A stretch of 63,030 nt of DNA, the filler included, from Octopus bimaculoides (taxonomy: Eukaryota): the NCBI RefSeq assembly GCF_001194135.2. It is 9 parts of 9 records of this genome, joined end to end, with 100 filler letters (N's around TTAATTAATTAA, not from the genome) between each part and the next. Parts side by side here need not be neighbours in the genome. Positions count along the whole stretch, not along the records: positions 50,187 to 52,857 come from NC_068995.1; positions 52,958 to 57,510 come from NC_068981.1; positions 57,611 to 60,229 come from NW_026416532.1; positions 60,330 to 61,719 come from NW_026310811.1; positions 61,820 to 63,030 come from NC_069001.1; 4 more parts are not named here. One strand, written 5' to 3'. Of the stretch, positions 52,701 through 63,030 are shown piece after piece (positions within the stretch are counted from its first letter, which is position 1; every line of letters starts with the position of its first letter). Below the pieces are notes generated by a model. That model was not told the origin of the DNA, did not search any database, and was given only the letters and a program-made list of their open reading frames with translations. A program made the position numbers and the translations under genes.

Positions 52701-52957
52701 CTCTCTCCCTCTCTCACTCACAAACTCTCTCCCTTTCTCTCTGTCTCCCTCTCCCTTTCTCTCTTCCTCTCCCTCTCTCACTCACAATCTCTCTCCCATT
52801 ATCTCTGTCTCCCTCTCCCTTTCTCTCTTCCTCTCTCTCTCTCTCTCTCTCTCTCTCNNNNNNNNNNNNNNNNNNNNNNNNNNNNNNNNNNNNNNNNNNN
52901 NTTAATTAATTAANNNNNNNNNNNNNNNNNNNNNNNNNNNNNNNNNNNNNNNNNNNN

Positions 52958-53011
<54 letters not shown>

Positions 53012-53609
53012 TGTGTGTGTGACTTTTTGTCTCTTTTGTTATTTGGGGATGAACGTTACAGTTTGAGTTGGACAGCTGAAATTAAAATTTTTCGTACTGC
53101 TTCTGGGCGGATTGTGTAAGAACTTAATTCTATGATGCTAGTCTTTCCAACATTGAAGTACCTCAGCTGTGCTTGTACTCATGCTATCGCCATCATCTTT
53201 TATTGCACAGCTCCTATGTTCTAATCGTCTTTTCATACATTTCAGGGAGTGACGTAAAATAGTGGTAACTACTATTGTGTTTGAAGTCAGCTTTAGGTCA
53301 TCCTGTTTGATCTTGCTGTTTCTTGTCCTTTTGTATATTTACTGCTTTGTTCTATGATTGCTTTATTCCTTTTGTATCGTTTGGCTTTGAGAATATCGTA
53401 CAGTGTGTTCAACATTTCTTGTTTTGACTTTTCGCCTTTGTTCATAGATTGTCGCTATTTTTAATGGTAACCGCATCACTTTTTTCGAACTTTTAGACAG
53501 ACGGTTTCTTCTATCATTTTGTTAGTTGCTTGTATGAAAGTCACACACTCGTCGTCTGTCATGCGTTTCAACCTGTGCCAAACATGAGAAAATATCTGTA
53601 TGTATGTAT

Positions 53610-53713
53610 GTCATTATTCAGTTTATTTCAAAATTTCTTGCCAATGGAGAAAGAACCGGTTTCTAATCTAGATCCAAGGCTCCTTCATTGGAATTTCAAC
53701 ATCAACAACAGGG
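53610..53713 (+). mobile_element. 104-bp element flanked by (TATG)n
   Basis: Second copy of 38771-38874. Confidence 0.75.
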
Positions 53714-53811
53714 TATGTATGTATGTATGTATGTATGTATGTATGTATGTATGTATGTATGCATGTATGTGCAAATTTGTATGTTTTACGTATGTATTCT
53801 CATGCATATGG

Positions 53812-53933
53812 TTGCTTTGGTCGGCTCGAAGCTAGAGTAGAAGACACTTTCCCAAGGTGCCACGCAGAGGGGCTGAACCCGGAGCCTTGTGGTTAGGAAG
53901 CAAGGTTCTTACCAGACAGCCACACCTGCGCCA
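53812..53933 (-). mobile_element. SINE family B head fragment
   Basis: ctttggtcggctcga..agaagacactttcccaaggtgccacgc..ctgaacccgg. Confidence 0.8.
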
Positions 53934-54109
53934 TAGAATATTGTGGCTTTCAGAGAAAGTTCTTCTAATAGACTAGGCTAACCAGTCATATAGTAATCTA
54001 ATATAGAGTATAACGCAGAGTTCCATGCTGCTGAAATGCAGGAGATCTGAGCGGCGAAAATGTTTCCTGATGAATGTATAAATTTTATGAGGAATGTATG
54101 TGTGTGACT

Positions 54110-54163
<54 letters not shown>

Positions 54164-55091
54164 NNNNNNNNNNNNNNNNNNNNNNNNNNNNNNNNNNNNN
54201 NNNNNNNNNNNNNNNNNNNNNNNNNNNNNNNNNNNNNNNNNNNNNNNNNNNNNNNNNNNNNNNNNNNNNNNNNNNNNNNNNNNNNNNNNNNNNNNNNNNN
54301 NNNNNNNNNNNNNNNNNNNNNNNNNNNNNNNNNNNNNNNNNNNNNNNNNNNNNNNNNNNNNNNNNNNNNNNNNNNNNNNNNNNNNNNNNNNNNNNNNNNN
54401 NNNNNNNNNNNNNNNNNNNNNNNNNNNNNNNNNNNNNNNNNNNNNNNNNNNNNNNNNNNNNNNNNNNNNNNNNNNNNNNNNNNNNNNNNNNNNNNNNNNN
54501 NNNNNNNNNNNNNNNNNNNNNNNNNNNNNNNNNNNNNNNNNNNNNNNNNNNNNNNNNNNNNNNNNNNNNNNNNNNNNNNNNNNNNNNNNNNNNNNNNNNN
54601 NNNNNNNNNNNNNNNNNNNNNNNNNNNNNNNNNNNNNNNNNNNNNNNNNNNNNNNNNNNNNNNNNNNNNNNNNNNNNNNNNNNNNNNNNNNNNNNNNNNN
54701 NNNNNNNNNNNNNNNNNNNNNNNNNNNNNNNNNNNNNNNNNNNNNNNNNNNNNNNNNNNNNNNNNNNNNNNNNNNNNNNNNNNNNNNNNNNNNNNNNNNN
54801 NNNNNNNNNNNNNNNNNNNNNNNNNNNNNNNNNNNNNNNNNNNNNNNNNNNNNNNNNNNNNNNNNNNNNNNNNNNNNNNNNNNNNNNNNNNNNNNNNNNN
54901 NNNNNNNNNNNNNNNNNNNNNNNNNNNNNNNNNNNNNNNNNNNNNNNNNNNNNNNNNNNNNNNNNNNNNNNNNNNNNNNNNNNNNNNNNNNNNNNNNNNN
55001 NNNNNNNNNNNNNNNNNNNNNNNNNNNNNNNNNNNNNNNNNNNNTATATATATATATATATATGTAAAAGTATGAAGAGGAACGCACGAGT

Positions 55092-55131
<40 letters not shown>

Positions 55132-55350
55132 CGAATTAAACACATGTACTATATATTAGGTCTTCACTTCAGCTTTATAACTATTATTTTAGTTTGTTTG
55201 TCGAAGTTCTTTTGTCTCAGAACAAGAGGGGACACGTGGGATATAGAGCTGCTGACGAGGTCACAGAATGTGGCGAAAGGACTGACTATGAAACTAAATA
55301 GCAATAAAGCTGAAATGTAGACAAAATATATAAGTACATGTGTTTAATCG
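55132..55350. mobile_element. HHR-B element as an inverted dimer; hammerhead-like motif on plus at 55248-55288
   Basis: 55132-55178 is the reverse complement of 55304-55350; CTGACGA-g-gtcac(agaat)gtggc-GAAA at 55252-55278. Confidence 0.65.
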
Positions 55351-55590
55351 GCAAAAATATGACCATCCCCAAATATAACAATATCTGCTTCAACACACGA
55401 TTTCCCGCCAACAGTCTTGCAAAACGAAGTACTTAAAATGACACTTGAAGAGACACATCCGCACCGAAGGGTGTACCATAATCAATTGTATAGTATCCCA
55501 CCAGCAAGGCACCAATGCAAGATGGGTCGAAACAATCGTTGTGAAGTATAAACATTCACGTGAATTCCATTTTCTGTTTAACTTCACTTG

Positions 55591-55629
<39 letters not shown>

Positions 55630-55630
<1 letters not shown>

Positions 55631-55760
55631 GTTCGAATTTACAGAAAACAAAAGACGAAGACAGGTGAAGGAACAACAAACAGGTGTAGTAGTTTGACCC
55701 TAGGGAAGAATGGAAAAGTCTTTGATGTTTGGAGCCTATGCTGTTGGACAGAAGGATTGA
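55630..55760 (-). mobile_element. Degenerate copy of the HHR-C-bearing repeat
   Basis: gacgaagacaggtg..aacaacaaacaggtgtagtagtttgac..aagtctttgatgtttggagcctatgc aligns with 39505-39600. Confidence 0.6.
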
Positions 55761-56006
55761 GAGGAAAAATGCAGAGAGAGCGGAAAAGAAAAAAAGAACG
55801 GCAAGAGAAAAAATGTGTAGGGATTAACGCTTCAACATGATGAAATAACGGGAAGAAAGAGGCTCAGTGAAGGGGAGATAATAACGCTGACCCGGCTGAT
55901 CTGGGGTGCGCAAGTGCGCGTGTATGTGAGAATGGTGTGTGTGAGTATGTTTATGTGAAGGGGGTGGTGGAGGTGCGTGTGAATGTCTATGGAATGGGAG
56001 CGTGTG

Positions 56007-56049
<43 letters not shown>

Positions 56050-57428
56050 NNNNNNNNNNNNNNNNNNNNNNNNNNNNNNNNNNNNNNNNNNNNNNNNNNN
56101 NNNNNNNNNNNNNNNNNNNNNNNNNNNNNNNNNNNNNNNNNNNNNNNNNNNNNNNNNNNNNNNNNNNNNNNNNNNNNNNNNNNNNNNNNNNNNNNNNNNN
56201 NNNNNNNNNNNNNNNNNNNNNNNNNNNNNNNNNNNNNNNNNNNNNNNNNNNNNNNNNNNNNNNNNNNNNNNNNNNNNNNNNNNNNNNNNNNNNNNNNNNN
56301 NNNNNNNNNNNNNNNNNNNNNNNNNNNNNNNNNNNNNNNNNNNNNNNNNNNNNNNNNNNNNNNNNNNNNNNNNNNNNNNNNNNNNNNNNNNNNNNNNNNN
56401 NNNNNNNNNNNNNNNNNNNNNNNNNNNNNNNNNNNNNNNNNNNNNNNNNNNNNNNNNNNNNNNNNNNNNNNNNNNNNNNNNNNNNNNNNNNNNNNNNNNN
56501 NNNNNNNNNNNNNNNNNNNNNNNNNNNNNNNNNNNNNNNNNNNNNNNNNNNNNNNNNNNNNNNNNNNNNNNNNNNNNNNNNNNNNNNNNNNNNNNNNNNN
56601 NNNNNNNNNNNNNNNNNNNNNNNNNNNNNNNNNNNNNNNNNNNNNNNNNNNNNNNNNNNNNNNNNNNNNNNNNNNNNNNNNNNNNNNNNNNNNNNNNNNN
56701 NNNNNNNNNNNNNNNNNNNNNNNNNNNNNNNNNNNNNNNNNNNNNNNNNNNNNNNNNNNNNNNNNNNNNNNNNNNNNNNNNNNNNNNNNNNNNNNNNNNN
56801 NNNNNNNNNNNNNNNNNNNNNNNNNNNNNNNAGAGAGAGACAGACAGACAGAGAGAGAGAGAGGGAGAGAGAGAGAGAGAGAGAGAAAGGGTAAACTTTA
56901 GGTGCTTTTTGCTGTGGTCCATTTTGAGAATCGTTTAGAGAAAAGTTATCAAGTTAATGATAGCTGATAAAGCATTTGTTGTCATTACTCTAATGGGGCT
57001 GTTAATTACAATAGATATGAGTCATTTTGGTTACCCCTTTCGAAGAATGTCGAGTTAACCCAGCAGCCGAAGCAGTATCTCCGCAGTTTATTTACTGAGT
57101 TCATTCCAAGGACACAAGTAAACCACAGTAGGAGTATGATGGGTAACGTGCGCTTGTCTCTATATAAAACAAACAAACACTCTCTTTCTGAATTTCTCAT
57201 ATCTTACTAATTCCCATATGTGCGCGCGCGCGCGTGTGTATGTGTGCCTCTCTCTCTCTCCCCCTCTCTCTCTCTCTATATATGTATGTATGTATGTTTG
57301 TATATGCGTGTGTATGTGTGCGTATGTATATATATGCAAGTATGTATATGTGCGTATGTAAGTGGTCTGATTAAGCGTTTATATATAACATCTTTGAAAT
57401 GAAAATTTTAAAATGTGCGAAATAAGAA

Positions 57429-57481
<53 letters not shown>

Positions 57482-57610
57482 GTATAATATAGACATAAAT
57501 AATATATATANNNNNNNNNNNNNNNNNNNNNNNNNNNNNNNNNNNNNNNNNNNNTTAATTAATTAANNNNNNNNNNNNNNNNNNNNNNNNNNNNNNNNNN
57601 NNNNNNNNNN

Positions 57611-57735
57611 CCAAATCCACTCACAAGGCTTTGGTCGGCTCGAGGCTATAGTAGAACACATTTGCCAAAGGAGCCACGCAGTGGGACTGAACCCGGAACC
57701 ATGTGGTTGGTAAGCAAGCTACTTACCACACAGCC
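57611..57735 (-). mobile_element. SINE family B head fragment
   Basis: ccaaatccactcacaaggctttggtcggc..gcagtgggactgaacccggaacc. Confidence 0.85.
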
Positions 57736-58041
57736 GAGAATATTTCTTCTTGAACCGAGCTATCGTGGGACTCAAACCAAGTGGCAGAAACAACATTGTT
57801 AGTCATTCGTAAAAGAAGTATTTTCTCCTTTCATTCAGTAAACAATGTTCTTAGAGTCAGGAGGTGGAAAAACTTAAAGATGAGACAGCAAAACAGGGCT
57901 ACTGGTGTGTGTGTATGTATGTGTGTGTGTGTATATATGTGCTTGTGTTTATGTGCGTGCATGTGTTTATGTATGCTTTTTTGTGTTCTTCTGCAGACTT
58001 GTGTGTGTGTGTGTTGCTTTTGTGTGCATGTGTGGACCTGG

Positions 58042-58074
<33 letters not shown>

Positions 58075-58305
58075 AGTGTGTGTGTGAATGAGTGATAAAG
58101 GAGACGAAGGAGCAAAAGAAATGAAAAGGTGGGATTACAATGTCGTAAAACCGGTTTCTGTAACATATGCAAGCACTCACATACACACAGAAAAAAAAAA
58201 ACATTTACTCATAGGCTCACACACGCACACACATATGTAAGTGTACGTATGTTTGTTTGTGGGTGTGTATGTGTATTTACATATATATGTACACGTTTGC
58301 TACTG

Positions 58306-58356
<51 letters not shown>

Positions 58357-58397
58357 TATTCATGTATATATATATATAGACATACACACACATATTC

Positions 58398-58432
<35 letters not shown>

Positions 58433-58558
58433 TATATGTGTATGGATGTGTGTATGTATATATCTGAATATATGCGAATACATAATATATATTTATATAT
58501 ATATATACACACACATGTATGTACATATACGAGTACGTAAAAGGTGAAGCATACAAAA

Positions 58559-58589
<31 letters not shown>

Positions 58590-58921
58590 GCAACAAAGCG
58601 TCCTTAAGCTAATCCCTTCATGCAAACACAAACACACACACACACACACAGGTACATTTACATAGAGTCCCTGCAAGAAATGATGGGACGGAAATGTGAA
58701 CTTTCACCTGGCTGCCCAAACATTGATAGATTACATAAGGGAAAAGAAAGAAGAAAAGAGAGAAGAAAAGAAAGAAGTAAAAAACGTAAACAAATAGACG
58801 GGGCTGGGAGGTGCTGGGGTACTTAAGGTGTGTGTGTGTGTGCATGTGTTAATGTACATATATAGTATATGTTATATCACCTATGTGTGTGTGTGTTCAT
58901 ATATATATATATATATATATA

Positions 58922-59174
58922 CTCTTTTACTTGTTTCAGCCATTTGACTGCGGCCATGCTGGAGCACCACCTTTAGTCGAGAAAATCGACCCCAGGACAT
59001 TTTTTTTGTAAGCCTAGTACTTACTCTATGGTTATTTTTTGCCGAACCGCTAAGTTACGGGGACATAAACACACCAGCATCGGTTGTCAAGCGATGTTGA
59101 GGGGACAAACGCACACACACAAACATACACATATATACTTATACATAGATACGACAGGCTTCTTTCAGTTTCCG

Positions 59175-59205
<31 letters not shown>

Positions 59206-59478
59206 TCACACACACACACACATATATACATGCATATATATATTCTTTTACTCGTTTCAGTTATTTGACTGCAGGCATGCTGGAGCACCAGCATGGGGGG
59301 ATTTTAGTCGAACACATAGAGCCCCCAGGACTTATTCGTTGTAAGCCTAGTACTTATCCTATCAGTCTGTTTTGCCGAACCGCTACGTTACGGGGGCGTA
59401 AATAAACCAACATCGGTTGTCAAAGGATGGTGATAGTGAGAGGGACAAACAGAAACAAACACACAAATATATACATAT

Positions 59479-59510
<32 letters not shown>

Positions 59511-59666
59511 GACGGGCTTCTTTCAGTTTCCTTGTACCAAATCCACTAATGAGGTTGCGGTCGGCCAGAGGCTATTGTAGAAAACACTTGACCAAGGTGC
59601 CACGCTGTGGGACTGAACCCGCAAGCATGTGGTTGGGAAGCAGGCACCTTACCACACAGCCACGGC
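58922..59666 (-). mobile_element. Two tandem SINE family B copies (headless 58922-59176, near complete 59228-59666)
   Basis: The tail motif tgactgc.gccatgctggagcacc occurs twice; head at 59540-59666. Confidence 0.85.
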
Positions 59667-60329
59667 TGCCTCTCCCTCTCCCTCTCCGTACACGCAAACA
59701 CAAACAGTGCACAGCCTCTACCCCAGCATACATATTCATACACGCGTAGAGAAGCAGTGAATAGTACCAAGTGCTAAATGTTTTGTCAACTACTTTTCAG
59801 TTTTCATTTATGTCTGCTTAGGTCTTCGTTTTCCAAAATTTTCGTCTATATTTCAAACATGCACGGGCATACACATACGCACGCGTGCGTACACACACAC
59901 ATACACACACACACACATACATGCCCATTTAAACGGGCGTATCTATATCCAGCCGCCTATCTATCTATCTCTCAGTGTATGTGTGTGTATAATATAAATT
60001 TTCAAGAAAGAACGATCACACGTCGATGTTACATATGTTTCAGTAGCGGGTATTTAATGATTATACGTATATCACGTCATATAAAACACCATTCGTGTTG
60101 TCAGTCAAGCGACTGCCAGGTAGCTTGGGAGTGATTACCGCATACTATAAGTTAAACGTAACATGATACTATTTGGATCAGAGTTTTGAACCGGCTGTTA
60201 TCTTAGCAAAACCATTCCAAATTTTGTAANNNNNNNNNNNNNNNNNNNNNNNNNNNNNNNNNNNNNNNNNNNNTTAATTAATTAANNNNNNNNNNNNNNN
60301 NNNNNNNNNNNNNNNNNNNNNNNNNNNNN

Positions 60330-60360
<31 letters not shown>

Positions 60361-61065
60361 TATGTAAGTATGTATGTATAAACTGGTGGTGCTGCAGAAT
60401 GGCCACACCCTTAGGGCTGAAACGTGTAAAAGAATTAAAAGAATCTATAGACACACACATTACACCTCTATGTATAAAATCGTCCAATGAACTATCTTGC
60501 TGTTATCAGTCAACGATTTATTAAAATGCATGAAAGATGGAAGCCGCAGTAGGTTACAGCCGACACATCTGTTATGGTTGGTTAAATGTTTTAATTCCCA
60601 ACGCTGGCCGTTTACAGGTAGTCCAGCTTTAGCCAACGGCACCCATATATATTATATTGTTGTGGTCTCAAATAACTAGCTTTTAACGGTCCACGATTTA
60701 TTAAAATACATGAGTTGGGATATCTTTATTCCGCTACATAATTTCTGTTAAGGTTTCCATCATTCGCCCTAAGAAAATGGCTGTCTTGATCTACCGACGT
60801 TTCGAGATAACCAAGGCCTGATAGGTTTGTGACACTCACCTATGTTTTCGCTTTCTTTTTATTATCAACGTTGCCCCATAGCTTTAGAACCGGAGAACTG
60901 AAAGAAAAAGATATGTCAATATATAAATACTTAAAACTGAAAATAACAACCAAACAAAAAAAAAAAAACGTGAATTGAAAATAAATAAAAACAAAAATAT
61001 AAGAAGTGGATTGTAATTTGCTTGAAGAATTGTGATAAAAAATAATTATCAAAATAATCCTTTCA

Positions 61066-61226
61066 ATGATAGGCACAGGGCCTGAAATTTTTTTTGGCGG
61101 GAGCCTAGTCGATTACATCGACCCCAGTGGTCGACCTCGGCGGAATTTGTACTCAGAACAGAAAGACGGACGAAATGCTGCCAAGCATTTTATCCAGCAA
61201 GCTTACGACTCCTCTGATTCACTGTC

Positions 61227-61292
<66 letters not shown>

Positions 61293-61360
61293 CTTTCTAC
61301 TAAAGGCGCAAGGCCTGAAATTTGAGGGGAGGAACAAAGTTGGTTACATTGACCCAGTGT
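61066..61360 (-). mobile_element. Two SINE family A copies separated by (TAA)n
   Basis: 61066-61228 (internal deletion) and a truncated tail at 61291-61360. Confidence 0.75.
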
Positions 61361-61969
61361 TTCCTGATGAAGTTTATTGATGTAGAAACACGTGTTTATA
61401 GCTGTCCTCTTCAGAAAATTGGCTGCCTTGAAGATATTACACTTTGCAAAAATTCTTAAAGTTTTTGAAATTATCTCCCCTTATCATCTGGTGACACTAC
61501 CAGCTGCCAAGAAGCAAGTATTCTACCATTTCTAAAAGCGAAGAGAATTTCAATAAATGAAAAATTTATCTTGTATATTATTTAATATACCCTTATTCAT
61601 CTTTACTTCATAAATATATGCCATTGGCTTCTTTGAATTATTCCGCTTGGCTCATTTACGTTTCTGACCTATGAATACATACATACATACATACATACAT
61701 ACATACATACATACATACANNNNNNNNNNNNNNNNNNNNNNNNNNNNNNNNNNNNNNNNNNNNTTAATTAATTAANNNNNNNNNNNNNNNNNNNNNNNNN
61801 NNNNNNNNNNNNNNNNNNNGTGGATCAGGAAGACGCGATCCAGAGAGAAGTGGACAGCGTGCTGTGACCAGTGGTGTGAAGTGAACGCCCGACGAACTGG
61901 TCGGTCAAGGTGATCAATGTGATATATATGTATGTGTGTATATGCGTATAACGTGAAATGAAGAACCCT

Positions 61970-62009
<40 letters not shown>

Positions 62010-62029
62010 GCACAAAAGAAAGCATTGCG

Positions 62030-62105
62030 TTGGCTGGGCAAGGATTCGAACCCACAGTCTTATGACCATGTGTTCAAAACTCCTAACCACTTGACCAAAC
62101 GCCCA
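62030..62105 (-). mobile_element. Isolated tRNA-like SINE head
   Basis: Reverse complement gggcgtttggtcaagtggttagg...gggttcgaatcc; no clean cloverleaf. Confidence 0.55.
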
Positions 62106-62224
62106 CGTAACTCTAAATCACACAACTAAATGCCTGTGTCCTCGTCTATATTTACATAAGACTTCTTAAGTGAACGGATTAGCAAGTGATTGATGGCTTT
62201 CATCCTATCCCCACACCAGCCTCC

Positions 62225-62287
62225 TCTTCCTACTGCTGCTGCTGCTGCTGCTGCTTCTGCTTCTGCTTCTGCTGCTGCTGCTACTAT

Positions 62288-62341
<54 letters not shown>

Positions 62342-62900
62342 AACTACTACTACTACTTCCTACTTCATAATCAGCCACTGCTGAAATGCTGCATTGGAGG
62401 AACGGCGTTGTGGCAATGGCGGTTGTTTAATTCTAAGTTTAAGCCTGATCAAGCAACCCTATGATCAAAGGAATTCCATCCGTGGCCATCCAGCGTTTTT
62501 CCTATGAGAAGTGGAACCAACGGTTGTTTTATCAAAAGTGTCCATCTCTAAGACAGTAAATTGTGAAGTACGATATGGTGTTTAGGCTGCTGTTTCCAGG
62601 AGGTCGAGCGACATGTTACACGTTCGCTCGTTTTGCGTATTGGGCTGATGGTGGTGGTGATGATGGTAGTGGTGATGGTTTTGATGGTGGTGGTTGGTTA
62701 AGAGCATCGATGGTATTGCCGGTGATTGTATTTCTAAGCATAATATAGGTGTTGATGGTGGCGGTGGCGGCGGTGGTGGTGGTGGTGGGGTTCGGTAAGG
62801 ATGGTTGTGGCTCTTGTGGTTGTGATGGCGATGATTGTAATGTTTGTGGTTGTGATAATGGTATGGATTATTACTAGGGCTGGTATTGGTTGTGTCGACA
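62225..62900. repeat. Trinucleotide blocks (CTG, CTA; GGT, GAT)
   Basis: Direct inspection. Confidence 0.85.
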
Positions 62901-62911
62901 TAGATAATCCT

Positions 62912-63030
62912 TTCTTGTATAGGGAGGACCCTCAAATTTAGGGAAAGAGGGACAATCGATTATATTGACACCAGTACGCAACTGGTACTTATTTCATCGA
63001 TAGCAAAATGATGAAAGGCATCACGAAACG
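62912..63030 (-). mobile_element. SINE family A tail, cut by the window end
   Basis: gtacgcaactggtacttatttcatcga..gatgaaaggc. Confidence 0.7.

Noticed and set aside
60780-60825. GAAAC-GTC half hammerhead on the minus strand
   Set aside because: No CUGANGA core or stem II partner; at most a truncated PLE end.

Overview
Eukaryotic, AT-rich, repeat-saturated genomic DNA from a gappy draft assembly. The SINE families and the extreme microsatellite load point to an octopod cephalopod (Octopus-like); this is an inference from recalled repeat sequences, not a database match. I find no intact host protein-coding gene, rRNA, functional tRNA or CRISPR array. The longer ORFs in the supplied track mostly translate microsatellites or N-runs. 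The window holds at least four tRNA-headed SINE families (my labels A-D); decayed LINEs (RTE, R4/Dong-like RLE, and a probable L1/Tx1-like element nested in a SINE with a TSD); Penelope-like element (PLE) remnants with GIY-YIG motifs; TA- and TTAA-flanked MITEs; and a THAP-domain pseudo-exon missed by the ORF track. The main signal is a set of minimal type I hammerhead ribozyme (HHR) motifs of the PLE kind, in at least three short families. One family is a short element with a Pol III tRNA-like head and an HHR-bearing tail (40067-40523). At three loci the HHR-bearing elements occur as tail-out inverted dimers. This suggests a non-autonomous, PLE-mobilised 'ribozyme SINE'. All structures were read by eye and need computational and experimental confirmation.
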